From contig CM082591.2 of assembly GCA_040954595.2 (NCBI GenBank), forward strand, positions 6,346,266-6,410,265: a stretch of 64,000 nucleotides of DNA. Direction: 5' to 3'. The translations under genes and the position numbers were made by a program. This DNA comes from Balanoglossus misakiensis. Lineage: Eukaryota; Animalia; Hemichordata. Numbering within the stretch: the stretch's first letter is position 1; the number at the start of each line of letters is the position of its first letter. Below the pieces are notes generated by a model. That model had not been told where the DNA came from and searched no databases. It worked only from the letters and a program-made list of their open reading frames with translations. Below, one piece after another: positions 41,946-53,950 of the stretch.

Positions 41946-43935
41946 AAACGTACAGGTATATATGTACCCGCACCTGTGCCGTTGTCTGTAAGGTTCCCAT
42001 CAATCAAATTATCGATCGATGGGCAGATACCCAACAATGGAGTCACATGATGATGATCAGACCAGATCGATCGATACGGTGCCTGTTACAAATGTTTCTA
42101 TAGTTGGATCTTAATAACTTGAGATGCACCCATTTTTTGTAAACGTGCAGGTATCCGCACATACCTGTGCCATTGTCTGTGAGGATTCCATCAATCAAAT
42201 TATCGATCGATGGGCAGATACCCAACAATGGAGTCACATGATGATGATCATACCAGATAGATCGATACGGTGCCTGTCACAAATGTTTCTATAGTTGGAT
42301 CGGAATGAGATCATTTCTTGCTCTTTGGTCGTATCAGTCGGAAGTACGGTGCCTTGCTCAAGGACACAATATCGTGGCCAGGAGCCCCCCCCCCCCCACC
42401 CTCCTCAAATAGAAAATCCACGACCCTTTCCGCATATCGAACTCACAACGCAGTACCTTCACTACGAGACCACTAGACCACGTTGCCAATCCCACTGCAC
42501 CCCAAATTAACTGCTTAAGTCCTGGTCGCCACTGACCTAAACTCTTCGTTTTTTTACTGTGTATTAAGCTGATTACCACGTAATGATGTCCAATTATAAT
42601 TAGAACTATCCAACTGTTTTACGAATTGACTGCGGTGGCGCGGGTTTACGTCACATGATCTTAATAACTTCAGATGCACCCATTTTTTTTTATAAACGTG
42701 CAGGTATCAGTACATACCGGTGCCATTGTCTGTAAGATTCCCATCAATCAAATTATTATCGATGATGGGCAAATAACCAACAATGGAGTCACATGATGAT
42801 GATCAGACCAGATCGATCGATACGGTGCCTGGTACAAGTTTCTATAATTGGATCGGAATGATGTCATTCCTTGCTTTTTGGTCGTATCAGTCGGCTGTTG
42901 GTCCATTGGCCTTTGGTCGCTGATTTGTGTTAAATATTTGTAATTGTCTAATACAAGACAGTGAAGCATTGTATTTCAAAATTGACAATGCATATGTTGA
43001 CATTGAAGACGATTTGACAAAATCTCCAATTTCTATATATCATAGGATTTGTTTAAGGTTTTACATTTAAGACACAGCCCCTTCCTCCAATGAGCTAATG
43101 TGTTGCAATACACGTATTTTTATATCAGCAATCTCGAGACATCATGCAATGTCCGCGCTCATGGATTGATACAAAATTAGTTTTAATCTTTAGATATATT
43201 CATATCATTAGATTAATATGCATTTGGATCTGGTATGTATTACATTTCGTCATTTAGTTTTCTTACAAGTAAAATGTTTTGCTATACATGTGATGCATAT
43301 GTTGAACATCGTAAGTTACAGTTTTTATTCATTTATTTTCTTTAATTGAAATAATTCACCCATAGCAAACACAGAATTAAGTCTACTTAGGATAGGATGA
43401 CCGGAACAGGTGTAAATCACCTATACAAAGCCAGTCCCCTGGAACAATCAGAAGTAAGGTGCTTTGCTCAATGACACAACAACTTAATAACTTGAGATGC
43501 ACCCATTTTTTTTATAAACGTGCAGGTATCCGTACGTACCTGTGCCATTGTCTGTAAGGATTCCATCAATCAAATTATCAATCGATGGGCAGATACCCAA
43601 CAATGGAGTCACATGATGATGATCATACCAGATCGATCGATACGGTGCCTGTTACAAATGTTTCTGCAGTTGGATCTTAATAACTGGAGATGCACCCATT
43701 TTTTGGAAACGTGCAGGTATCCGTATATACCGGTGCCATTGTCTGTAAGGTTTTCATCAATCAAATTATCGATCGCTAGGTAAATACACAACAATGCATG
43801 GAGTCAGATGATGATAATCATACCACATCGATCGATACGGTGCCTGGTACAAGTTTCTATAATTGGATCGGAATGATGTCATTTCTTGCTTTTTGGTCGT
43901 ATCAGTCGGATGTTGGTCCATTGGCCTTCGGTCGC
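41945..43935. repeat. Interrupted ~190 bp tandem repeat (about 5 units in three blocks)
   Basis: The unit contains gatgcacccatttt...caggtatccg...ccatcaatcaaattatcgatcg...ccagatcgatcgatacggtgcctg. Blocks lie at about 41945-42345, 42657-42920 and 43482-43935. Confidence 0.85.
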
Positions 43936-45289
43936 CGATGACTTCAACTCAAGTACTTTGTTGTCAACAAGTGTTGAAAACAGAGAATAAATCTTTTTAG
44001 TATTAAATGGAACTATGTACAAATGTACGACACAAAAACACGGTTGAGATACGCTCTGCACTGAAAACAGCTATTTTTATAACATTTCTGACTAGTATTA
44101 CATTGATGCTTTGATGTGTCGAAGATACAGTGCAAACCAGAATACAATTTATCAGCATTGCAAAAAACTACTGATTGAACTCAAGCTGTGAACGTTGATG
44201 GATGTGTCAAATACAAGTTCACAGATAGACATGTCTTATAAAGGTTTATCGCAGTGTCATTTTACTGAGTTATCTAATCACCCATCGCTCACTCCTATAA
44301 TTAAAGGTAGAGCATCACGAGCTAATGTCTTAATTTTATCAAATTTAGGCAGTAAAATTATATATGTATAGCATCAGTATTTAATAGACCGCTGCAGTGT
44401 CTTCATCCATTCCATCCAAAATCAGGCAAATAATTCCACCAACCGATAAAAAGAGAAGGAAAACTCTGGTCGTGGCACCAAATGTGACCCCATCCGTCGG
44501 TTTGGTAATCATTGACGTTGTCAGGCATTGTATTGTGTATTGTAATCCAAACCCCTTGATCTCTTGGTGTCACATCTCATACACTGACTGACACACACAG
44601 TCATCTTGGCTAACAATAAGGCTACTGTGTCTTTTCTGCGGAGTCAGCGGCCGGGCCACAATCTGTTCATGGCTCCTAATCATAGCAGCCATGTGAGCAA
44701 AGAGAGAATTACAATACTTGTTTAAAAAACTAAACAGAAATGTCCGTATGTAACTAAACCCAAAGTTACGTGAATTTCGGTAAATTTAGTTTGATATGAA
44801 AAGTGCGAAGAAATTTTTTATTTTTACTGACCAATGAAACCCTTGCGTCTGTGGCTAAAAATCTTGCTTTTGTTCAACATGGACAGAAAAAGCCTTGGCA
44901 TTTGACAGGATGAAACACGCGAATGTGCATTATGCTTTACGACATCAATTATGCTTATACATAGTTGTAGGCTAATCATATTCAATTCATATCGAGTTGT
45001 GAAATTGCTGGTCATGGCAATGTACGACCTACATGTCATATTCCAAATGGTTCTATTGAACCAACTACAATAAAACAGAGCTAAGTGGTGATTTAACGTG
45101 AAGAGAGATTGAATATCATAAGCAATGAGATATATGTAATGAGACATTTTCATGTGAAAACAAACAACACACTCTGGAAAAGTATAGGGGCGAATTTGAG
45201 GACCAATAACTTTGTTCTAGGTGGTATTATACAACGGTAGACTTTCAGGTACAGATACATGTATATCACTGTATTGAAGTAAACTCCAA

Positions 45290-47527
45290 TGTCTCGCTGT
45301 TCATTCTTTAGCATATATTCTATTACAAAAAAATCAAAGATGCGAAATTTAGGAAGAACAAACACATTTTCCTTTGTGTATGTGATAAAATCTGAAAAAC
45401 AAATTAGCGATGATAAAAGTCACAAGGTTCGGTGTTTTCAGGCAAGAAACACGTAACTTTCTTTCTGATAACCTAATTTCAAATTAAATCATATATTAAG
45501 ACAAATCATCAGAGTGGTCAAAGGAAAAAGTAAAAAAAATGCACATAAAAGAATTGAAAACAAATTTTACGACCGTAACTGCAATAACTTCTGTAATCTA
45601 ATAATCACTAACCGAAGTAAATTTTTGACATCTTTTGTTACATGTGTAAAGTGAATAGTCCATCAATCAGAATAAATTATATCTAACAATGCTGGATATA
45701 AAGTGAAAAAATACTAAACAAATATACATAAATATAATCATTTAACGTGTTATTGGTAATCATATTGAAATTTGACAAATCAGTTGTGTCTATAGTTAAA
45801 AATCACTTATTCGATTTCTTCGGTCTACATATAGTATAACGCCACAGTCAATTTTTAATTCATATAAGATGTCTCTGTAAAAAGATCGTTCAACGCTGTG
45901 TACATTAAAACTTGGTGCCATGTTCTACATCAGTATAGCATGTGCAACGGCCAAATGGGTCAGCGAAGAATTCTACAGAAACAAAATATACTAATTGTGT
46001 TGGCTGTTCAGAAAGATCCTTTGGATTGAAGAATTGCATTAAAGGCAAACGGAATTAACACTGAAGAAAATAAAAATATAACATATAAATATTATAATTA
46101 GCTATGACAAGATTTAACTTACGGGTAAGACAAAATTTCCATATATATTTAGGATATGTGTGAACTAGGTGTACATGAATACAAATAATTAACTTACCAA
46201 CAATGCTACCAAATAGCACCAACACACGACAATGTCTACGTCTACATCGACGTAAAAACTGACTACATGTACCTGCAAATAATAATAAAAAACTACGTGT
46301 TTGTATATCAACGGTGACAACACTGATTTCGACCAAATCTTCACATGTTTATTTCGTTACATTTTGAAATGTTAAATTTGAAACGAAATAGTCAACGTCT
46401 CGCTGTTCATTCTTTAGCATATATTCTATTACAAAAAATCAAAGATGCGAAATTTAGGAAGTACAAACACATTTTCTTTTGTGTATGTGATAAAATCTGA
46501 AAACCAAATTAGCGATGATAAAAGTCACAAGGTTCGGTGTTTTCAGGCAAGAAACACGTAACTTTCTTTCTGATAACCTACTTTCAAATTAAATCATATA
46601 TTAAGACAAATCATCAGAGTGGTCAAAGGAAAAAGTAAAAAAAAAATGCACATAAAAGAATTGAAAACAAATTTTACGACCGTAACTGCAATAACTTCTG
46701 TAATCTAATAATCACTAACCGAAGTAAATTTTTGACATCTTTTGTTACATGTGTAAAGTGAATAGTTCATCAATCAGAATAAATTATATCTAACAATGCT
46801 GGAGATAAAGTGAAAAAATACTAAACAAATATACATAAATATAATCATTTAACGTGTTATTGGTAATCATATTAAGTTAACTCAATATAAAGGATGTGAT
46901 TGCTGATGACTTTTACTGAAATAAAACTTCACAACGATTGATTTGGCGTCCCAAGAAAAATGATGTAAAGAACAAAATTGACAAATCAGTTGTGTCTATA
47001 GTTAAAAATCACTTATTCGATTTCTTCGGTCTACATATAGTATAACGCCACAGTCAATTTTGTAATTCATATAATATGTCTCTGTAAAAAGATCGTTCAA
47101 CGCTGTGTACATTAATACTTGGTGCCATGTTCTACATCAATATTATAGCTTGTAATACGTCCAAAAGGGTCATCGTAGAATTCTAGAGAAACAAAATTTG
47201 CTAATTGTGTTGGCTGTTAAGAAAGATCCTTTGGATTGAAGAATTGCATTAAAGGCAAACGGAATTAACACTGAAGAACATAAAAATACACGTATAACAT
47301 ATAAATATTATAATTCGCTATGACAAGATTTAACTTACGGGTAAGACAAAATTTCGACAGATATTTAGGATATGTGTGAACTAGGTGTACATGAATACAA
47401 ATAATTAACTTACCAACAATTCTACCCAACAATGCCGCAAACAGACGCCAAAGACACAAAAACGGACTAACTGCAAATAATAAAAAAAACTATGTGTTTG
47501 TACATCAACGGTGACAACACCGATTTC
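45290..47527. repeat. ~1.1 kb diverged tandem duplication carrying one small exon per unit
   Basis: 45290-46330 and 46397-47527 are colinear, both starting gtctcgctgttcattctttagc. The second unit has an extra ~100 bp. Confidence 0.9.
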
Positions 47528-50076
47528 GTTTTATAACACACCAAACACGACACACACCACATCCAGGCAACAGTAACGGGCGGAAACCGATCGAACTGAT
47601 GCCCTAGGGAACAGTTCGAAATGACTAAGGTCACGTGACGGCGTATTGACGAATCACGATCGAGGGTTCGCTGCATGGTATATTACAACACGATTTGAAG
47701 CCTGCACGAGGGATGGTGATCTCTGACCATAATATTGATGATGCCCGAGCCGCATCATCAATATTATGCTAAATTATCAAGATTTTGCAGCTTGACGGTT
47801 TTATTCCATCTCGACGATATCGATACTACGCTTTGCCAATATTTCTTACGTAGGCCTGATGTATCTGGTATATTGGTGTGAGTCTGTGACGGCCTTTCAA
47901 GGTAGTTACCATGATGCCACATGGTTACGTTTATTTAAGTCTATATATTAGTCTCGCAATAAAAATGCATGTCATTTTTCTTACCTATAATCCACAATAT
48001 TGCCATGGTATCATTTTCCTCTTCTTTTGGCTCAACTGGATAATCATTATGCGGGAACCTGTCAGGCTGGGGATTGTTACCAATTTCTTTTTCCTCGTCA
48101 TGAAATGTCTGGCTGAAAGCTCTTTCCTGGTTAAAATTGAAATTCTTTGGCACGGAAAAACATTTCCCCTCATCTATAAGCCGAATACCTTCGGTGTCCG
48201 TGCAACTCCAGACTTGCTTCCATTTTTCACTTATGAGGTCAGTCACGGTATCTTCATCTCCGTAAAGTATAACAAAGATGGAACCTAAGCACAAAGATAC
48301 TGCTAATGTTATTTAAGCCGTGCATGTGTTGCTCTTTTGTTAGTTGTTTTGCCCGAATAATTTGTGCACTTTTACCAGCTTCACGCGGAAATATCTGAGA
48401 CACTATTTGCCTACAGTAAACGCAGAGCATTAATCCTTTGAGTCGCTTGCGTCCACACACACAAAGTTTATGTATAGTAGGCGCTGAGGCTCGGCCCTAT
48501 AGACAAAGGGTTGCGGAGAGGTGTTAATCCTTACACCGGCTCAGGTCTGGCCGGGAAAGCCGTCTCAAATCTGAGATGTTTCAGGACCACTTAAACCGTT
48601 CACACGTAATAATTTACGCCAGTATTTGATCTGAGACGCTTCAGAACCGTCTTAATGGTGTGACCCCCATAATTGTATTTAGCTGAGTGTGTGTTATTCT
48701 GTAAACAACATTAGGCCTAACCCTTCTACAGGTTACCTGGAAAATCATAGTACCCTTTTCACATTCAGCACTTTGTTACTACATCCTGTGAAGTCCTTTC
48801 CTTGATAGTTGTGTTAGTTTAATTCTAAAGTAAGAGTAAACAACTGATAGTGATTAACTTTCTTTTTCACCTTTCCGACGTGAATCTGGCCCCACTCCCT
48901 AAATTGGCTAATATTAAAATTACAGTAAAAAAGGTAGTGACTAGGGTTCGTGCGTCAATTTTAGCCATTTTTAATTGTCAAATTATTTACCCCATGAAAT
49001 ACTGCAGAGCGCGTCAATTAAGGGTCGGACAAGACGTGTCCATACATACAAGGCCGAGACCATCCTCGGCCACCTTTCCACTGGGACTCAAAATTGTGAC
49101 CGGCCAGACACGTCCACACCTGTTTTTTTCGCTCCGCCGCGTACCTGGCTAGGACAATGACCTACCTTTTAGAGCAATCAGAACGGCCTATTAGTAATTA
49201 TTAGTAAACATGATTTATTACATATTATATTATACCAGTATATTGATGGTGTAAATCACGCTATTTGATTGGTCGAGACACGACACGTGACCGTGATATA
49301 TTAGCCATATACCACAGTCATATATCATAGTCAAAGAAAATGCCTTTTTAAAAAGTTTTATGCAAAGTTTCAATATACTGGCATAATATAATAGCAATAA
49401 AACACCCCCAGCCATGGTATACCACTCGATTTTGACCAGTTCAACTCCATATACGCACTCGCTATCGCTCGTGCGTATATGTCGTGAACTGGTCAAAATC
49501 TCGTGGTATACCATGGCTGGGGGTGTTTTATTGCTTAATTAGGTAGACTGCATCCTGGACTGGCGCTGATAACACTAGGTGGGCGGTCACACGGGATTAA
49601 AGACCGAGATCGTTCAGCCAAAGACAGTATAGAATGACACCTGCTGCTACTGTCTTTATTAAGAAACTTTAAAACGACAAAGAGTGCAGAATCTTAGCTT
49701 TTAAGTGGAAATCAATGACACAGCCGCAAGAACCTATGATATTACGAAACAAATTCTCTGTCATTGTATCGTTTTTACCTTCAGGACGAGTTGTCTTGCA
49801 CAACTCTCGATAATCTTCCCTGTGGTCGCAGGAATCGTCTTGATCATCAGCTTTGTCTGGTGTTAGCAACACACGCCCATCTTGTACATCTATGACAAGC
49901 ACTGCAGTAACGGACTTTTCTGACTCGTTCCCTGGTGGGTGCCCTCTTTGAACTTTGCAGCCGTACGGTTCCAACAGTTCAACGATTTGGTTGAATATTT
50001 GGTCCCCTGCGTTTGTAAAACGGTTTTTCCTCTCAGTGACATATACGAAATGCCCTGAAGTACACACGTCAGACAT
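46198..50076 (-). CDS. Uncharacterised protein: N-terminal alpha/beta (possibly TIR/SEFIR-like) domain and hydrophobic/basic tail; 3' end unresolved
   Basis: Exons 50076-49779, 48284-47985, 47470-47414 and 46272-46198, all GT-AG and phase 1. They join as ...KTTRPE-GSIFVILYGDE...MAILWII-VSPFLCLWRLFAALLGRIV-GTCSQFLRRCRRRHCRVLVLFGSIV. The fold assignment is inference only. Confidence 0.65.
49393..49535. repeat. Long palindrome (terminal hairpin of a non-autonomous element)
   Basis: agcaataaaacacccccagccatggtatacca...tggtataccatggctgggggtgttttattgct with a central tcgctatcgctcg. Confidence 0.8.
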
Positions 50077-50345
50077 ACTCCAAAATGTAAGAGCTAAATA
50101 CTACTACAATTTTATGCGAAACGTTTAAATACTAACAGTGCGCCCTAATAGGTGCCATGCAAGCGTCACTAAATTTGGTTCAGCCTCAAAAATGGGTGCT
50201 AAGTATTTAAGTTGAAATTGCGCATGCTCTTTAATAATTAATAATAGTATTATATACTGAATACACGTTAAATATTAGCAGTTGTCTAATAAAACACACA
50301 CATGCTGCAAAACAGATCAGTCAAGAGTTTGGGCTCGCATGAGAC

Positions 50346-52264
50346 ATGCAATCTCTAAGGTGGGCGTTTGGAAAATCCATTCGAATAGTATGCGGTTCTT
50401 TGTATGCGACATGTAATGTTTTCGGGTCCGACACTATTCATTACGTTATAGAAGAGCTCAAGAAACGCACAGAGTTTAAAGGCTTTCTACCCGATGCCAA
50501 ACTGTACATCTACCATGTCTCTCCAGCAAAGGAAAAAGACACTAGTTATCGTGAAAAACTTAATGTCGATAAGAAGATAAGTGACCTGAAATTGGCTGAC
50601 AGTCATTTTGAAGTCAGTAAGTATTCCTCGTGTGAGGTTGTGTGAGTCAGAGCTGGTTTTGATAACCAAGTGACTCACAAATTGCAGTTTTTCTATAATA
50701 ATATCGTTTCTTTTTATTAAAATTGTTTATTAGATATACAAAAGGTCTTCTGTAATAATACAGTTTCTAAGGATAGCCAGGCTGTGGGGACTATTCTTTG
50801 AGTGTTCGCCTTTACTCGTACTTCTTCACTTCGCATTCGAACACACCACGGAAACAGTGCACGAATGTGTGTCCGCTATAGCTGCCGCCTTCATTTGATC
50901 ACCAAGACTAACGTGGCATCTCGCGGTTCCGTTTTCAATGTTGAATTCTATATTGCGACTTTTTTGGACAACTTGTCATGTACAACTACATGAAGACACA
51001 TTATGTATATATAGGTCGTTTGGTGCAGAACTCAAATCTTACGGCCACACTCGTCTCTTCCACAGGTTTTGGCAAACAGGTTTTGTACTTAAAGACAGGA
51101 AAAAGCCACGTCTTTACCTGCCAAAGCGATGACACGATATTGGATCTTATCGATAAAATAAAAGAAGATGAAATTATCGATGAGGATGATAAGAAGTTAA
51201 TTGATGGCCCTGGTACCATACATATACAAATTAAAAAAGTCAAAAATGATAAAGAGTGCTGGATTACTGAAGCTACTGAAACGTTATTGTGGAATCTTCA
51301 AAAAGAACAACTTAGATTTATAATAGGTGAGTATTAATAAGGTGTTCAGCACACTTTAAATGTATGTATGTATGTATGTATGTATGTATGTATGTATGTA
51401 TGTATGTATGTATGTATGTATGTATGTATGTATGTATGTATGTATGTATGTATGTATGTATGTATGTATGTATGTATGTATGTATGTATGTATGTATGTA
51501 TGTATGTATGTATGTATGTATGTATGTATGTATGTATGTATGTATGTATGTATGTATGTATGTATGTATGTATGTATGTATGTATGTATGTATGTATGTA
51601 TGTATGTATGTATGTATGTATGTATGTATGTATGTATGTATGTATGTATGTATGTATGTATGTATGTATGTATGTATGTATGTATGTATGTATGTATGTA
51701 TGTATGTATGTATGTATGTATGTATGTATGTATGTATGTATGTATGTATGTATGTATGTATGTATGTATGTATGTATGTATGTATGTATGTATGTATGTA
51801 TGTATGTATGTATGTATGTATGTATGTATGTATGTATGTATGTATGTATGTATGTATGTATGTATGTATGTATGTATGTATGTATGTATGTATGTATGTA
51901 TGTATGTATGTATGTATGTATGTATGTATGTATGTATGTATGTATGTATGTATGTATGTATGTATGTATGTATGTATGTATGTATGTATGTATGTATGTA
52001 TGTATGTATGTATGTATGTATGTATGTATGTATGTATGTATGTATGTATGTATGTATGTATGTATGTATGTATGTATGTATGTATGTATGTATGTATGTA
52101 TGTATGTATGTATGTATGTATGTATGTATGTATGTATGTATGTATGTATGTATGTATGTATGTATGTATGTATGTATGTATGTATGTATGTATGTATGTA
52201 TGTATGTATGTATGTATGTATGTATGTATGTATGTATGTATGTATGTATGTATGTATGTATGTA

Positions 52265-52319
<55 letters not shown>

Positions 52320-53885
52320 ATGTATGTATGTATGTATGTATGTATGTATGTATGTATGTATGTATGTATGTATGTATGTATGTATGTATGTATGTATGTA
52401 TGTATGTATGTATGTATGTATGTATGTACGTATGTATGTATGTACGTACGTACGTACGTACGTACGTACGTACGTACGTACGTACGTACGTACGTACGTA
52501 CGTACGTATGTACGTACGTACGTACGTACGTACGTACGTACGTACGTACGTACGTACGTATGTATGTATGTATGTATGTATGTATGTATGTATGTATGTA
52601 TGTATGTATGTATGTATATGCATGCGTTCATGGGAAATGTCTTAATTACAGTAAATTTACATTTCTTTCGGATTACTACCATCGTAAAATCTATCACATT
52701 CGGTTATGTGAATTCGGGTACAATCTATTAATAAATCAAACAAATCTAATCAATACGGCGCAAACAAAATTTTACTATTACAACCTTTCCAAATTTGGAT
52801 TGTATGTGGTGTAGATTTTATCGACTTAGGCCAATTAAAAAAATATGTGCTGTTCCGATTACCCGACATAACCTAATTGTAGCCCGCCGACCCCAAACTT
52901 TTTAGATGTTCGTAAACCGGAAGTAAAAATAAATTTATGAAAATTGCGAGAATCACGCAGGAACGTCATTCTTCTACACTACGGCGGCCAAAATAGTGCA
53001 AAATAAAAAAAAATGCCCTACCTACCGACCCTATTTTTGAAAACCATGTGATCGGAACAGCATATTTTTTGCCCTTAGTTGTCGCAGGTACAGCTCTGTA
53101 AAAAAACTAATTAATGCTACCATTTTACTATGGAATAGCAGGTACAATTCTCAAATGTTTAAAAGTTCGTATTTTTGCGGCCGTGTGTATGTGTATTACT
53201 AAATGACCTGTCTGTGGTACCTGGTATATAAAGTTAATTTTGATTCGTAAATTTTGCTTATGAACATATTTTCATTAAAGTCTTTTACGTTTCTTACTAG
53301 AACTAGGCATTACTGTTGAAAACGGACACAATGCCAGGGCAAAGAAATTACATTACAAAATTGGCGACGATGTTTATACATTAATGGACGCGATTGTTAC
53401 CGAAGCTTCTTATTTCTGGATTTCCGACGAAGAGATGAAAGATTTGAAGGATTTGGGCACCAGCAAGGAATACATGGAGATTTACTACAAATCAGAAGAA
53501 GTCGGTGCCTCGAATGAACGACTCAAGCATACAATGCCCTTAAGTGAACTAACCAAGACGAATGTTGTGTTTTACATCAAAACGAAGATATCCGCAGGTA
53601 CGTCGAATCCAATTGCTTTAAATTATTGGTAATACAATCTGTTTAGGTGGGGTATGTGTTTACCTGCGACGATGTGAAATTCTTATCTCTTTCGATACCA
53701 ACGAATTTAAGTTTTATAAAATGTCTAGTAAATCGAGAGGTTGGGACAGTGTGTTGATTCACTATATATCCACATCTAGAATAACATAAACGGTGTCTTG
53801 TATCAAACATAATAAATGTAAAAAGGGCAGCAAGAGTGAGACATGGTCCCTTTAAAATGACTTCTAAATCTGCAAGAAATTGTTG

Positions 53886-53950
<65 letters not shown>

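Noticed and set aside
41945-43935. CRISPR-like appearance of the repeated blocks
   Set aside because: The units repeat along their whole length with no unique spacers, the context is eukaryotic, and there are no cas genes.
51318-52814. ORFs of 425-484 aa (MYVC/HTYI repeats)
   Set aside because: Translations of a stop-free tetranucleotide microsatellite.
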